A stretch of DNA of 64,000 nucleotides from a bacterium (GTDB lineage Bacteria; Zixibacteria; MSB-5A5; GN15; FEB-12): NCBI GenBank assembly GCA_043811375.1, contig JBDRNJ010000074.1, forward strand, positions 1-64,000, in the 5' to 3' direction. The notes beneath the pieces are model-generated. The model searched no databases. It saw only the letters and a program-made list of their open reading frames with translations, and was not told the origin of the DNA. Below, one piece after another: positions 1-8,884 of this stretch. A program made the translations under genes and the position numbers. The stretch's first letter is position 1; every line of letters begins with the position of its first letter.

Positions 1-1
1 T

Positions 2-322
2 TACGCCGACAACAATCGCAAGCTCATCGGTGAACTTCAGAGTGTGCCGCAGGAAAAGAGAACCGCCCGCTTCCGATGCGTGATTGCCATCGATTGGGCC
101 GACGGCGGCAGTGACACAGTTGCCGGATCGGCGAAAGGATACATCACCGAGGACATCGTTGGTTACGAAGGTTTTGGCTACGACCCGGTTTTCTTCTATC
201 CACCGACCGGTAAGCGTTTCAGTGAGATGACGCTCGATGAGAAGAACCTCATCTCTCATCGCGGTCGGGCACTGCAGAAAGCCCGCAACGTCATTATCTC
301 ACGCCTTAACAAGCTCAAGTGA
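2..322 (+). CDS. rdgB: Non-canonical purine NTP pyrophosphatase (Ham1/RdgB), 5'-truncated by window edge
   Basis: GFGYDPVF, EKNLISHRGRAL motifs; frame open from base 2. Confidence 0.93.
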   Translation, partial: YADNNRKLIGELQSVPQEKRTARFRCVIAIDWADGGSDTVAGSAKGYITEDIVGYEGFGYDPVFFYPPTGKRFSEMTLDEKNLISHRGRALQKARNVIISRLNKLK

Positions 323-335
323 CATAAAACCCATA

Positions 336-360
336 GTCATTCCTGCGAAAGCAGGAATCT
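336..360. repeat. REP-like palindrome GTCATTCCTGCGAAAGCAGGAATC
   Basis: Hairpin; related copy at 12519. Confidence 0.7.
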
Positions 361-403
361 ATCTTCATCAGATCTTGCAGGTCAAAACCCCTGAGGTTCC
401 GAC

Positions 404-433
404 AAAAAAGGCAGGGCCGAAAAACCCTGCCTT
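404..433 (-). terminator. Intrinsic terminator of dockerin gene 453-983
   Basis: AAGGCAGGG/CCCTGCCTT stem followed by T-run on minus strand. Confidence 0.8.
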
Positions 434-452
434 ATCGTACATCGAGTCAATT

Positions 453-983
453 CTAACACGGTGGCGGAGTCGGGCCTCCCTGGAACAGATACGCCACCAG
501 ATACGTCAGATCACCGACATCGATGGCGCCGGTGCCGTCCACGTCGCCTTCATCCTCGCACGGAGGTGGAGGACCGCCCTGGAACAAGTATGCGACCAGG
601 TACGTCAGGTCACCAACATCTATACCACCACTATCGTCAACATCGCCGCGCTTGTTACAACAACCGCCTCCACCAAACTCCTGCCAGAAGCCGTGGCTCA
701 GGCCGTAGGTGGCGGAACTGCCCTCGCCTACGACTGCCTGACCAACGGTCCCTTCAAGCCCATAAGTTACAGAACTACCCTTAGTGCCGCCGGATGATAT
801 CACCTGCCAGTTGATCTCTTCGCCGGTGGCGGGTTCAGCGAGCGTCGGAGGTGCTTTTTCTGGCTTGACAACTGATGCTTCCGTATTGGCGGGCGTTGCT
901 CTCTTGTTTTCGGCGGCATAACCGATGGCAAACATCAACAACAACCCAACTATTACCACAAGAATCAGCTTACAGTTATTCAT
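453..983 (-). CDS. Secreted protein with C-terminal dockerin type I domain
   Basis: Signal peptide; duplicated GDVDxxGxIDVGDLTYLVAYLF repeats. Confidence 0.88.
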   Translation of the reverse strand: MNNCKLILVVIVGLLLMFAIGYAAENKRATPANTEASVVKPEKAPPTLAEPATGEEINWQVISSGGTKGSSVTYGLEGTVGQAVVGEGSSATYGLSHGFWQEFGGGGCCNKRGDVDDSGGIDVGDLTYLVAYLFQGGPPPPCEDEGDVDGTGAIDVGDLTYLVAYLFQGGPTPPPC

Positions 984-1016
984 TTTCAGGTTCTCCCTGT
1001 CCTATTACAAGCATTT

Positions 1017-2354
1017 TTATTTCGTCACCCAGGCGCCGTTTTCATAGAAGTTGAACTGGTTGGTTGTTGTGTTGTAGATGATCATACCATTTACGGCCGT
1101 CAGCGCATCCCTCTGTGCAGTGGTTATTCTTGGGACAATCAATGCGCCGGTAGTCGAACTTACATCCAATGCTCCTTGAGGACTTGTCGTCCCGATGCCA
1201 ACGCCACCAGAAGCACGAACCAGGAACTGGTCACTTGCAGTAGACGAAAAATCAGCATCGGTACCATCAGCCCAGACAAAAGTGCCACTGTGATTGGCCT
1301 TGGCGCGGCGTCCTGCGGCAAATGAATATATCCCATCAGCATTATTGTCTAAGCCACCGGGGATTGCAGACCAGGCGCCAAGCGTTACATTGTTTTGCCC
1401 GCCGCCGATAGATGCATATTGGTTCGACGCATCGTTATTAAGTCCCCCGGCCACAACGGACACACCGGCAGCCGTATTCCCTTTACCACCGGATACCGTG
1501 CCCCAATCGAATGTCACACTGTTTCCAATGCCACCTCCGATAGTTGAACCTGCTCCATCAGCTGTATTGTGAGCACCACCGGCTACCGTGGAAGAATCCC
1601 CGCTGGCCGTGTTGCTCCTACCGCCGCCCACTGTAGAGTACTTCTCGCTGGCGGTGTTAGCACCACCACCGCCGACTGTTGAATAAGACTCGCTGGCGGT
1701 GTTTGCCAGTCCCCAATCGCCACCACCGCCAATCGTGGAAGACATCCCGCTGGCGGTGTTCAATAAGCCGCCGCCCACTGTAGAGTACTCCCCGCTGGCG
1801 GTGTTATGCTCACCGCCGCTGACCGTACAGAACCCTCTGTTGAAACCAGGTTCACCGGTCGTGCTACCCCAGCCCAAGTTCACATGGGTTTTACCGAAGC
1901 TGCCGTAGAGCGTATTTCCCGCTTTGACAATGCCCCACTCGCTGCTTGTGTACAAGACTTCACCAACCAGAGTCCAATTGCTCTGAAAGGCATACGGATT
2001 GGATGCCATCTTCGTGCGGGGGACTATTGTTTCTCCACCGACAGTAATCTCCAGCCAGCGGTCGGCACCCGAAAACACCGTATCTTCAACCGGCGCGGCC
2101 GGAGTGCCCGCGCCCAGTACGACGTTGAACAGGCCGTCGGTAACCGACACGGACGGATGGGTTTCAGTCCATTTGGAGTTGCCGACTATTTCGGCGTCGT
2201 AGATCGTGAAGGTCATGGCTACAGTTGCTGTTACCGGACCGCTGCCATCGGTCAACCTGCCCTGGTAGTTGATCGTCTGTGGCACCTCGGCCGTGGCCAG
2301 CGGGGCCAACAGCAGTGTGATGAGTGTTGCCGTGAGCGTTACCATACGAGTCAT
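1017..2354 (-). CDS. Secreted fibre/adhesin-like protein with Hep/Hag (YadA-head-like) 14-aa repeats
   Basis: Signal peptide, INYQGRLTD N-terminal motif, tandem NTASGxxSTVGGG repeats, GIGTTSP motif. Confidence 0.8.
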   Translation of the reverse strand: MTRMVTLTATLITLLLAPLATAEVPQTINYQGRLTDGSGPVTATVAMTFTIYDAEIVGNSKWTETHPSVSVTDGLFNVVLGAGTPAAPVEDTVFSGADRWLEITVGGETIVPRTKMASNPYAFQSNWTLVGEVLYTSSEWGIVKAGNTLYGSFGKTHVNLGWGSTTGEPGFNRGFCTVSGGEHNTASGEYSTVGGGLLNTASGMSSTIGGGGDWGLANTASESYSTVGGGGANTASEKYSTVGGGRSNTASGDSSTVAGGAHNTADGAGSTIGGGIGNSVTFDWGTVSGGKGNTAAGVSVVAGGLNNDASNQYASIGGGQNNVTLGAWSAIPGGLDNNADGIYSFAAGRRAKANHSGTFVWADGTDADFSSTASDQFLVRASGGVGIGTTSPQGALDVSSTTGALIVPRITTAQRDALTAVNGMIIYNTTTNQFNFYENGAWVTK

Positions 2355-2636
2355 GGTGTTACTCCTCCTGTTGGTTTGATATTGTGGATTACATTGATTG
2401 TTGTCGAGTGTCCATCCAATGCTGTCGTCATCCCAGTTGTATGCCGGGCGTTAATATCAGCCAGTAACAACCCTATCAGCACAGTATACCATCTAATCGA
2501 CCATTTGGCAAGGGATTTCGGGTGGTTAGAGATACGACCACAGCCAAAGTAGGTCGGAATCCCTGCGGTTCCGACAGAAGCTTGACAAGAAACCCAGGGC
2601 AAGCCCTGGGCCACCCGGCCGCCCGAGTCGACCAAT

Positions 2637-2668
2637 AAAAAAAAGGCAGGGCCAAAAAACCCTGCCTT
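2637..2668 (-). terminator. Intrinsic terminator of dockerin gene 2688-3902
   Basis: Same stem as 404-433 with T-run. Confidence 0.8.
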
Positions 2669-2687
2669 CTCGTACATCGAGTCAATT

Positions 2688-3902
2688 CTAACACGCCGGT
2701 GGTGCTGGGCCGCCCTGGAATAAGTAGGCCACCAGATAAGTCAGGTCGCCGACGTCAATGCTGCCGCTGCCGTCCACGTCGCCCTCTTCCATGCATGGTG
2801 GCGGTGGACCGCCCTGGAAGAGATAAGCCACTAAGTAAGTAAGATCACCCACGTCCAGCCCCATACTGTAATCGGCATCACCGCGAATGCCGTCATGGTT
2901 GCAACAGGTCAGGCAGGGATCAGGGAAGCAGTTGGTAAAATCGCCTTTGTACAGACCGCTGAGTGCGCCACAGCAAACCGGGGCAGTCAGAATGCACTGG
3001 CCACCAGGCAGGCAACATGCCCCTACCATCGGTGAAGTTCTTTGTGGCGGCAGCATACGGTGATCGATATTCGGTCCATCAAGCAGTGTCAGGACCTTGC
3101 CGCCGCATATTGGCGGGCCGGGAGGGCACGGCTCCAGAGTTATACCGGGGTAGAAGTCGCTAGCATCCGGCGGGATAGTATACTCTGGAGAGCCGTCGCA
3201 GTCAGTATCCACCTCCACCCAGTCAATCACGGTATAGACGGAAAACGGCGGCGGGACGTAAGTAGACCAGCGGCCGTCACGGATTTCACGTAGCGGATCA
3301 GTTCTGTAAGGGTCCATCACAATGGGAAGACCACCCGGCACGGGAGTAAATGTCGCTTTCAACGCAACATCACGAATATCGATCTCAAATGAGCCGCCCG
3401 AGTCACAGAGACGATTAATAATCATACCACCTAAGTATGGTGGTGGTATATTGCTCGACAGGCAAACTTCCACCCACCAGTATTCAGGATCCTGACCGCC
3501 ATTATAGGTGACCGTAATAGGCTCGGTGCCTCTCAGCGACAGGGCGATCAATTGGATAGGAATTGTATCGGCGATGCCAATAATGTCGTCAAGAAGTACC
3601 GCCGGTTCGAGACGCCGAATAATGACATCAGTCGGTCCGAGGGTGTCCGGCGGTAGGGTAGCAAGCGGTGAGCCTTGCAACGCTATAATACCATCAAACG
3701 GGTCAGAGCCGGGGCCGAAGAAGCCAGCCGGAAGAGGAGTCACTGTAAACTGCGAATCAACCGTCATGCTGTCATTGGGCGTTTCAAAGAGATCAACCCC
3801 GGGTTGTATCACCAATTGGGCCGTCGCCGTGGACGCCATACTGAATGACACGACCAGAGCCGCAGCCATCAGCATTGCCGTGAATTTCGATTTGTTCATC
3901 AT
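2688..3902 (-). CDS. Secreted protein with Cys-rich GACC motif and C-terminal dockerin domain
   Basis: Start MMNKSK after GGAG SD; signal peptide; GACCLPGGQC; dockerin repeats. Confidence 0.85.
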   Translation of the reverse strand: MMNKSKFTAMLMAAALVVSFSMASTATAQLVIQPGVDLFETPNDSMTVDSQFTVTPLPAGFFGPGSDPFDGIIALQGSPLATLPPDTLGPTDVIIRRLEPAVLLDDIIGIADTIPIQLIALSLRGTEPITVTYNGGQDPEYWWVEVCLSSNIPPPYLGGMIINRLCDSGGSFEIDIRDVALKATFTPVPGGLPIVMDPYRTDPLREIRDGRWSTYVPPPFSVYTVIDWVEVDTDCDGSPEYTIPPDASDFYPGITLEPCPPGPPICGGKVLTLLDGPNIDHRMLPPQRTSPMVGACCLPGGQCILTAPVCCGALSGLYKGDFTNCFPDPCLTCCNHDGIRGDADYSMGLDVGDLTYLVAYLFQGGPPPPCMEEGDVDGSGSIDVGDLTYLVAYLFQGGPAPPAC

Positions 3903-4288
3903 CTTCTCCCCAGGAATGCAGGTTATCGTTCGACCCGAGCGGTCCCTCACCAACGGTCTGGATGGCTCACCGCCAGTAAGGATTGCATATTCTATAAGTC
4001 GGAGGCCGAGTTTTTCCCGGCCGATAGTTCGCTTTGATTGGTCATATCAGGGATCGTTTTGGCACTGTTGCTCACAGAACAGAACGCGCCAGTCAGTATC
4101 AGGGTTGAGCTTCGCCTGCAACTCCCTGAATCGCCTTATCGTCTATGATTAATATACTGAAAACCGGCTTGCTGGTCAATGTTTTTCATAGGGTGATATA
4201 TCTACCGGTAATGTCAAGAATTGTGTATAAAGTCTGGTAGATCAAAATTGACCTACTGGACTTGTCATAAGAGCCACTTGTGGCCGTC

Positions 4289-4318
4289 GGGTGGCAACCA
4301 CAAACTTGTTTGGGGTTG
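4289..4318. repeat. GGGTGGC-type REP-like element
   Basis: GGGTGGCAACCACAAACTTGTTTGGGGTTG, near-identical to 12410-12439. Confidence 0.65.
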
Positions 4319-4330
4319 AGACTTACCCCC

Positions 4331-5266
4331 CTAGAACACCGAGAACTTGAAATACTTGCGGGGGTTCTTTTCGATATCGGCCACCAGGTTGCTGATACGA
4401 GCCATGAGGTTGGTGACTTCGACGTAAAGGGCGGTATCACTGACCAATAGCCCCAGGCTGCCTTCGGCCGTGTTGAGCTTGTACATAATGCTGTCCAGGC
4501 GCGCCGAAGTGGACGCCAGGTTGTCATACAGTTGCGGGTCGTTGACCAGTTTGCCGATAGTGCCGGTGTTGGAAGAAACCTGCTCCGAAAGCTCACCCAC
4601 CGTGTTGGCGGTTTTCTCCAGTGATGAGACAATCCGCTCCTGGTTCTGGTGTAACTGGACGGTCAATTCGGTCAATCGCGCCGCCAGCGATGTCAACTGG
4701 TGATAGAGTTGATCGTCGGTGGCCAGTTGACCCAGTGTCCCTTCACCCCGGTTCATACGCCCCAGCAATTGATCCAGATTGTCCACTACCGCGCGGGCTT
4801 CGCCGATTGCCTCCTCACCGGTTTTGAACATCGTCGCGGCATCGCCGGCGTCGCGGGTGCGAACTACCGACATTTCCGCTATCACCGGTTTGCCCTTGGT
4901 GCCGGAGAATACCTCAATGTATTTATCCCCCACCAGTCCGATAGTCCCCAGCATCACTTCGGCGTCCTCGGTAAGCATGGGCCACACCGATTTCTTAACC
5001 CGGCACACTACCTTGACCTGGCGGAGCGAGTCGAGATTCACAAAGCTGACCGAGCGGACGTTGCCGATCTCAACGCCCGACATCCACACTGGCGAGCCGG
5101 GCAACAGACCGTTGATATTCTTGAAATAGCACATAAACTGCATTTTCGACTCAAAGATCGATGTTCCGCCGCCGGTGAGTGATGCCCACAGCAGTGCCAC
5201 CACGGCCAAACTTAGAATGATCCCGGTCTTGAGACTGCCCCAGCCGACACCTACGGTTTGCTTCAT
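4331..5266 (-). CDS. mlaD: MCE/MlaD family protein
   Basis: N-terminal TM, GLLPGSPVWMSGVEIGNV MCE motif, helical C-terminus. Confidence 0.92.
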   Translation of the reverse strand: MKQTVGVGWGSLKTGIILSLAVVALLWASLTGGGTSIFESKMQFMCYFKNINGLLPGSPVWMSGVEIGNVRSVSFVNLDSLRQVKVVCRVKKSVWPMLTEDAEVMLGTIGLVGDKYIEVFSGTKGKPVIAEMSVVRTRDAGDAATMFKTGEEAIGEARAVVDNLDQLLGRMNRGEGTLGQLATDDQLYHQLTSLAARLTELTVQLHQNQERIVSSLEKTANTVGELSEQVSSNTGTIGKLVNDPQLYDNLASTSARLDSIMYKLNTAEGSLGLLVSDTALYVEVTNLMARISNLVADIEKNPRKYFKFSVF

Positions 5267-5409
5267 ATCTCCTGCTCCACCTGGCTATCTTTGCCGGCAA
5301 CGTATGGCCACAAGTTATATTCGTGGCGACGTTCGGCAAGTAGTTTAGTTGGCGGTAGTCGTCGCCGACAACCACCCGGTTTCAGTAACTCGATCCGGTT
5401 CAGCGTATT

Positions 5410-6195
5410 TTACTGTTCGCCCTCACCGATAAACTTCTGTCGGGACACGGCCGCAAACGACCGTCGGAAAGGATCCAGAAATTCCCGGACGCGCTCGTCG
5501 GTGCAATCACGCAACCGATCCAGGCCGCCGTCAAACACCATCACACCGGCACTGACAACAATGAACCGCTCGGCTATAGCCACCGCGTCGGCTATCTGAT
5601 GGCTCACTACCAGGGTTGCAATCGGCCTTTCGCTGTGCAGCTTGCGGATAAGGTTGAGCACGTTCTGGATGGCCTGCGGGTCCAGCCCGGTAGTCGGCTC
5701 ATCGTAGAGCATGATGCGAGGATCCGTCGAAAGCAGCGCCCGGCCGATCGCCACCCGACGCCGCATCCCCCCCGAAAGCTGCTCCGGGAGCTTATCCACT
5801 ATCTCCTCGGTGTCCAGTCCCACGAATCCCAGCATCTGTTCGGCCTGCCGGGCTATCTCGGCGAAACTGAGGCGCGTATGCTCCAACAGGTAGTAGCCGA
5901 CGTTTTCACCGACCGACAACGAATCAAACAACGCCCCGTCCTGAAACACCATCCCGATTTTCTTGCGAATCTCCCGGCGTTCTTTCTCCTTAACCGCACT
6001 GATATCCTGCCCGTCGATTATCACCTCTCCCCGCTGGGGGTTCTCCAGCCCGAGGATCAATCGCAGAATTGTCGATTTGCCGGAACCGGACGGCCCCATG
6101 ATAGCCACCGCTTCCGATGCCTCTATGCGAAACGAGATATCATGCAGGACATCCTTGTCCTCGTATGCGAAATCGACGTTCCTCAGCTCTATCAC
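5410..6195 (-). CDS. mlaF: MlaF-type ABC ATP-binding protein
   Basis: GPSGSGKS, LSGGM, LYDEPTTGLDP; GTG start overlapping mlaE stop (GTGA). Confidence 0.92.
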   Translation of the reverse strand: MIELRNVDFAYEDKDVLHDISFRIEASEAVAIMGPSGSGKSTILRLILGLENPQRGEVIIDGQDISAVKEKERREIRKKIGMVFQDGALFDSLSVGENVGYYLLEHTRLSFAEIARQAEQMLGFVGLDTEEIVDKLPEQLSGGMRRRVAIGRALLSTDPRIMLYDEPTTGLDPQAIQNVLNLIRKLHSERPIATLVVSHQIADAVAIAERFIVVSAGVMVFDGGLDRLRDCTDERVREFLDPFRRSFAAVSRQKFIGEGEQ

Positions 6196-6974
6196 AAGTA
6201 ACCTTTCAGGAACGAAAAGACGACCTTGGTAATGAAGAAATTGACGATCAGGATCGTTATCGACGCCATCACCACCGAGTCGGTCGTCGCCCGTCCCACA
6301 CCCTTGGTGCCGCCGTGTGACGTGAACCCTTTGTAGCAGGAGATGAATGCGATAACGAATGAAAACACCACCGGCTTGAGCAGTCCGATGAATATATTGC
6401 CGAAAACCAGCTTCATTTTCACAGCCGACCAGAACATGGTCGTGCTCACGTGAGCAATATACTTGGCCACCACCCAGGCTCCGATCAGGGCAATAGCGTC
6501 GCAAATGATCGTCAGCACCGGCACCATGATGATCAGCGCCAGCAACCGGGGCAGAGCAATTTTCTTAATGGGATCGATACCGAAAGCAACCATGGCATCG
6601 ATCTGATTGGATGATTTCATAGCCCCGATCTCAGCGGTAATTCCGGCCGCCATCCGAGCCGCCACCATCAGCCCCGTTAGTACCGGCCCCAGTTCCCGCA
6701 CGATGGCTATCGACATGATACGCCCCAGGTAGTCCTTGGCGCCGAAATCGGCCAGTTCCAATGAGAAGGCCAGGGCAAACCCCTGACCTGCAAAAACACC
6801 GGTCAGGACGACCAGGTAGAGCGACCCCACACCGACCAGGTACATCTGCTCGACCGTCTCGGTGACATAAAACGGTCGACCAAAAAAAGCCCCCACCATT
6901 CGCAGCGAGAAGAAAAACAGCCGCTGGGATTCGAAGGCAAAATGCTTCAGCCAGTTGTTAAGAGCGCTGAGAAT
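6192..6974 (-). CDS. mlaE: MlaE-type ABC permease (start uncertain: ATG 6899 or ATT 6974)
   Basis: RELGPVLTGLMVAAR, AEIGAMK, GVGRATT motifs. Confidence 0.9.
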   Translation of the reverse strand: MLSALNNWLKHFAFESQRLFFFSLRMVGAFFGRPFYVTETVEQMYLVGVGSLYLVVLTGVFAGQGFALAFSLELADFGAKDYLGRIMSIAIVRELGPVLTGLMVAARMAAGITAEIGAMKSSNQIDAMVAFGIDPIKKIALPRLLALIIMVPVLTIICDAIALIGAWVVAKYIAHVSTTMFWSAVKMKLVFGNIFIGLLKPVVFSFVIAFISCYKGFTSHGGTKGVGRATTDSVVMASITILIVNFFITKVVFSFLKGYL

Positions 6975-7077
6975 CGGTTGTCCTTTCCGTCAGGTACTAT
7001 AGCCGGCTGCTATAGCTCGAATTGGCCACAGCTTTGCCGATTTCCAACCGCTTGTAAAATACATATATTGTTGGGTA

Positions 7078-8109
7078 ATGTCAAAAACAACCAACAATGC
7101 CCCCCGGCGCGGACATGCCGTCGCACTTTTCTCCGGCGGACTCGATTCGGCGCTGGCCATTGCCCTGATGTTGGAGCAGAACATCGAGGTCACGGCCATA
7201 ACGTTCATGACCCATTTCGGTTGTGACCTGAGCGACCACTCCTCGTGCGGCTCCAATCCTTATCCCGCGGCCGAGAAGCTCGGTTTTAACGTCAAGCTGA
7301 TGCATCTGGGCCGGAAATTCGTGGATATAGTCGTCAAACCCAAATACGGCTGGGGCAAACATATGAACCCCTGTGTCGATTGCCGCATCCTGATGTTACG
7401 TGAAGCCCGCGAACTGATGGAATTGATTAACGCTGACTTTCTCATCACCGGTGAGGTCCTGGGACAACGGCCGATGTCGCAAACTCGAGATAAGCTGTAT
7501 TTGGTGCAAAACCAGGCCGGTGTGAAAGGCAAGCTGCTACGGCCACTCTCGGCCCTGCTTATGCCGCCAACGGAACCGGAGGTGAATGGGATGGTCGACC
7601 GCGATCAACTCGAAGCTATCAGCGGTCGCAGCCGGCGGCGCCAGATGGAACTTGCCGAACTAATGGAACTTGAGGACTATCCAAGTCCCGCCTCAGGCTG
7701 CCTGCTGACCGATGCCGCCTACTCAGTTCGTCTGCGCGATCTGCTGGCGCACACCAACCACGTTACATTTGACGATCTCAACCTGTTGCAAGCCGGTCGC
7801 CACTTCCGTCTCGACGACAAAACCAAGGTAATAGTCGGACGCCACGAAGAAGACAACCAACGCCTGTTGGCCTTCCGACAGCCTCATCATGTACAACTGG
7901 AGGCCGTCGACGTCGGCTCTCCGACCACTCTGCTCTCAGGCAATGCCAGTGCTGAAAATATCGCTACCGCTGCCCGCATCACCGCCCGTTATTCAGCGGC
8001 GCGCAACGACCCGCAAGTGAGTATTACTATCACTGAAAAGGGTGCCACCCGACAGATCGAAGTCACACCGGCGGGAAGTGACGAATTCCGCCCCCTGACC
8101 GCCCGTTGA
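7078..8109 (+). CDS. tRNA sulfurtransferase, ThiI/MnmA-like PP-loop protein
   Basis: SGGLDS PP-loop, NPCVDCR, GEVLGQRPMSQ, GCLLT. Confidence 0.85.
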   Translation: MSKTTNNAPRRGHAVALFSGGLDSALAIALMLEQNIEVTAITFMTHFGCDLSDHSSCGSNPYPAAEKLGFNVKLMHLGRKFVDIVVKPKYGWGKHMNPCVDCRILMLREARELMELINADFLITGEVLGQRPMSQTRDKLYLVQNQAGVKGKLLRPLSALLMPPTEPEVNGMVDRDQLEAISGRSRRRQMELAELMELEDYPSPASGCLLTDAAYSVRLRDLLAHTNHVTFDDLNLLQAGRHFRLDDKTKVIVGRHEEDNQRLLAFRQPHHVQLEAVDVGSPTTLLSGNASAENIATAARITARYSAARNDPQVSITITEKGATRQIEVTPAGSDEFRPLTAR

Positions 8110-8285
8110 AGGGTCTGTCAAATAACTTACGCTTCACACCCATCGCGAGGAGTTGGTCTTCCCAAAAAAAGTGACCCACGGTACCCCACCCAGAGCCAAA
8201 GGCGTCGGGTGGGATTCAAATCTCAATACATCCCAATCGTCATCTCTGAAAGCACGCACATAAAAGTGTATTTGATCGAATTCCT

Positions 8286-8433
8286 GTAGGTCGCTGTTCC
8301 CGGGGAGGTGGCGAAGCCACTTTCACTGACCGCGAAACCCGACAATAGCCTGAAAAGAAACCACTTCACCAGGGAGATGTCGGGTTTCTCATTCGTCCGT
8401 CTGAAGCCGGAATCACTCGGAACGCCGACCTAC
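8286..8433. repeat. GTAG-class REP doublet element
   Basis: Inverted termini GTAGGTCG...CGACCTAC; ~100 bp shared in inverted orientation with 37274-37372. Confidence 0.75.
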
Positions 8434-8482
8434 TGGGCTGTCGGGATCATCGACGATGTTGGCGGCTATCGTTTTCGTCTAT

Positions 8483-8513
8483 AAAAAAAAGGTCTCAACC
8501 AGAAGTTGAGACC
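8483..8513 (-). terminator. Intrinsic terminator with no credible CDS directly upstream
   Basis: GGTCTCAAC/GTTGAGACC stem plus T8. Confidence 0.8.
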
Positions 8514-8639
8514 TCTCTCTCCTCACCCGTTGGGAAACAATCGATGACACAGTCTAACCGCCACCAAAAACTGTCTCACCTGCCCCAAATAGATCCACAA
8601 GCTGCGGGGCTGTCTGGGTTGTTCTGTTTTCCCAACAGT
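8483..8639 (-). ncRNA. Candidate sigma54-dependent structured small RNA
   Basis: Lies between a GGCACG-N4-TTGT element and a terminator; 11-bp closing stem and two internal hairpins. Confidence 0.45.
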
Positions 8640-8650
8640 CTCATATAGTA

Positions 8651-8665
8651 ACAAACATCGTGCCC
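8651..8665 (-). promoter_or_regulatory. Putative sigma54 -24/-12 promoter
   Basis: GGGCACGATGTTTGT vs consensus TGGCACG-N4-TTGC. Confidence 0.5.
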
Positions 8666-8751
8666 AAATGCAGCCCCACCGGCCAGTCGCATAACTATTA
8701 ACAGCTTACCGGGAAAACCGAACTCGTCAATATCGTTCACACCTATTAAAA

Positions 8752-8789
8752 ACGCAGATTCTGTGTCAGTATCGACGCAGAATCTATGT
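8752..8789. promoter_or_regulatory. Tandem palindromic putative enhancer (UAS) sites
   Basis: ACGCAGATTCTGTGT and ACGCAGAATCTATGT, starts 23 bp apart. Confidence 0.45.
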
Positions 8790-8796
8790 TGTAGAC

Positions 8797-8831
8797 AAAA
8801 AAGAAGCCCTTTCCGTTTAAGGAAAGGGCTC
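8797..8831 (-). terminator. Intrinsic terminator of gene 8885-9709
   Basis: AGCCCTTTCC/GGAAAGGGCT stem plus T-run. Confidence 0.78.
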
Positions 8832-8884
8832 GTTGGCAAGATAGTATCGAACGCTTTTCAAAAAATGGACTACCCGGATACTCC

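Noticed and set aside
1560..1830. 42-bp periodic repeats as a CRISPR array
   Set aside because: They are in-frame coding 14-aa repeats with no unique spacers
453..2900. Diversity-generating retroelement TR/VR pair in the dockerin duplicates
   Set aside because: Differences are mostly synonymous and not adenine-specific; no reverse transcriptase in the window
6196..6504. N-terminal extension of mlaF in the ORF track (364 aa)
   Set aside because: Overlaps mlaE; homology begins at the GTG at 6195
8576..8839. 87-aa ORF
   Set aside because: Runs through a terminator and regulatory motifs, has no SD and no recognisable protein features
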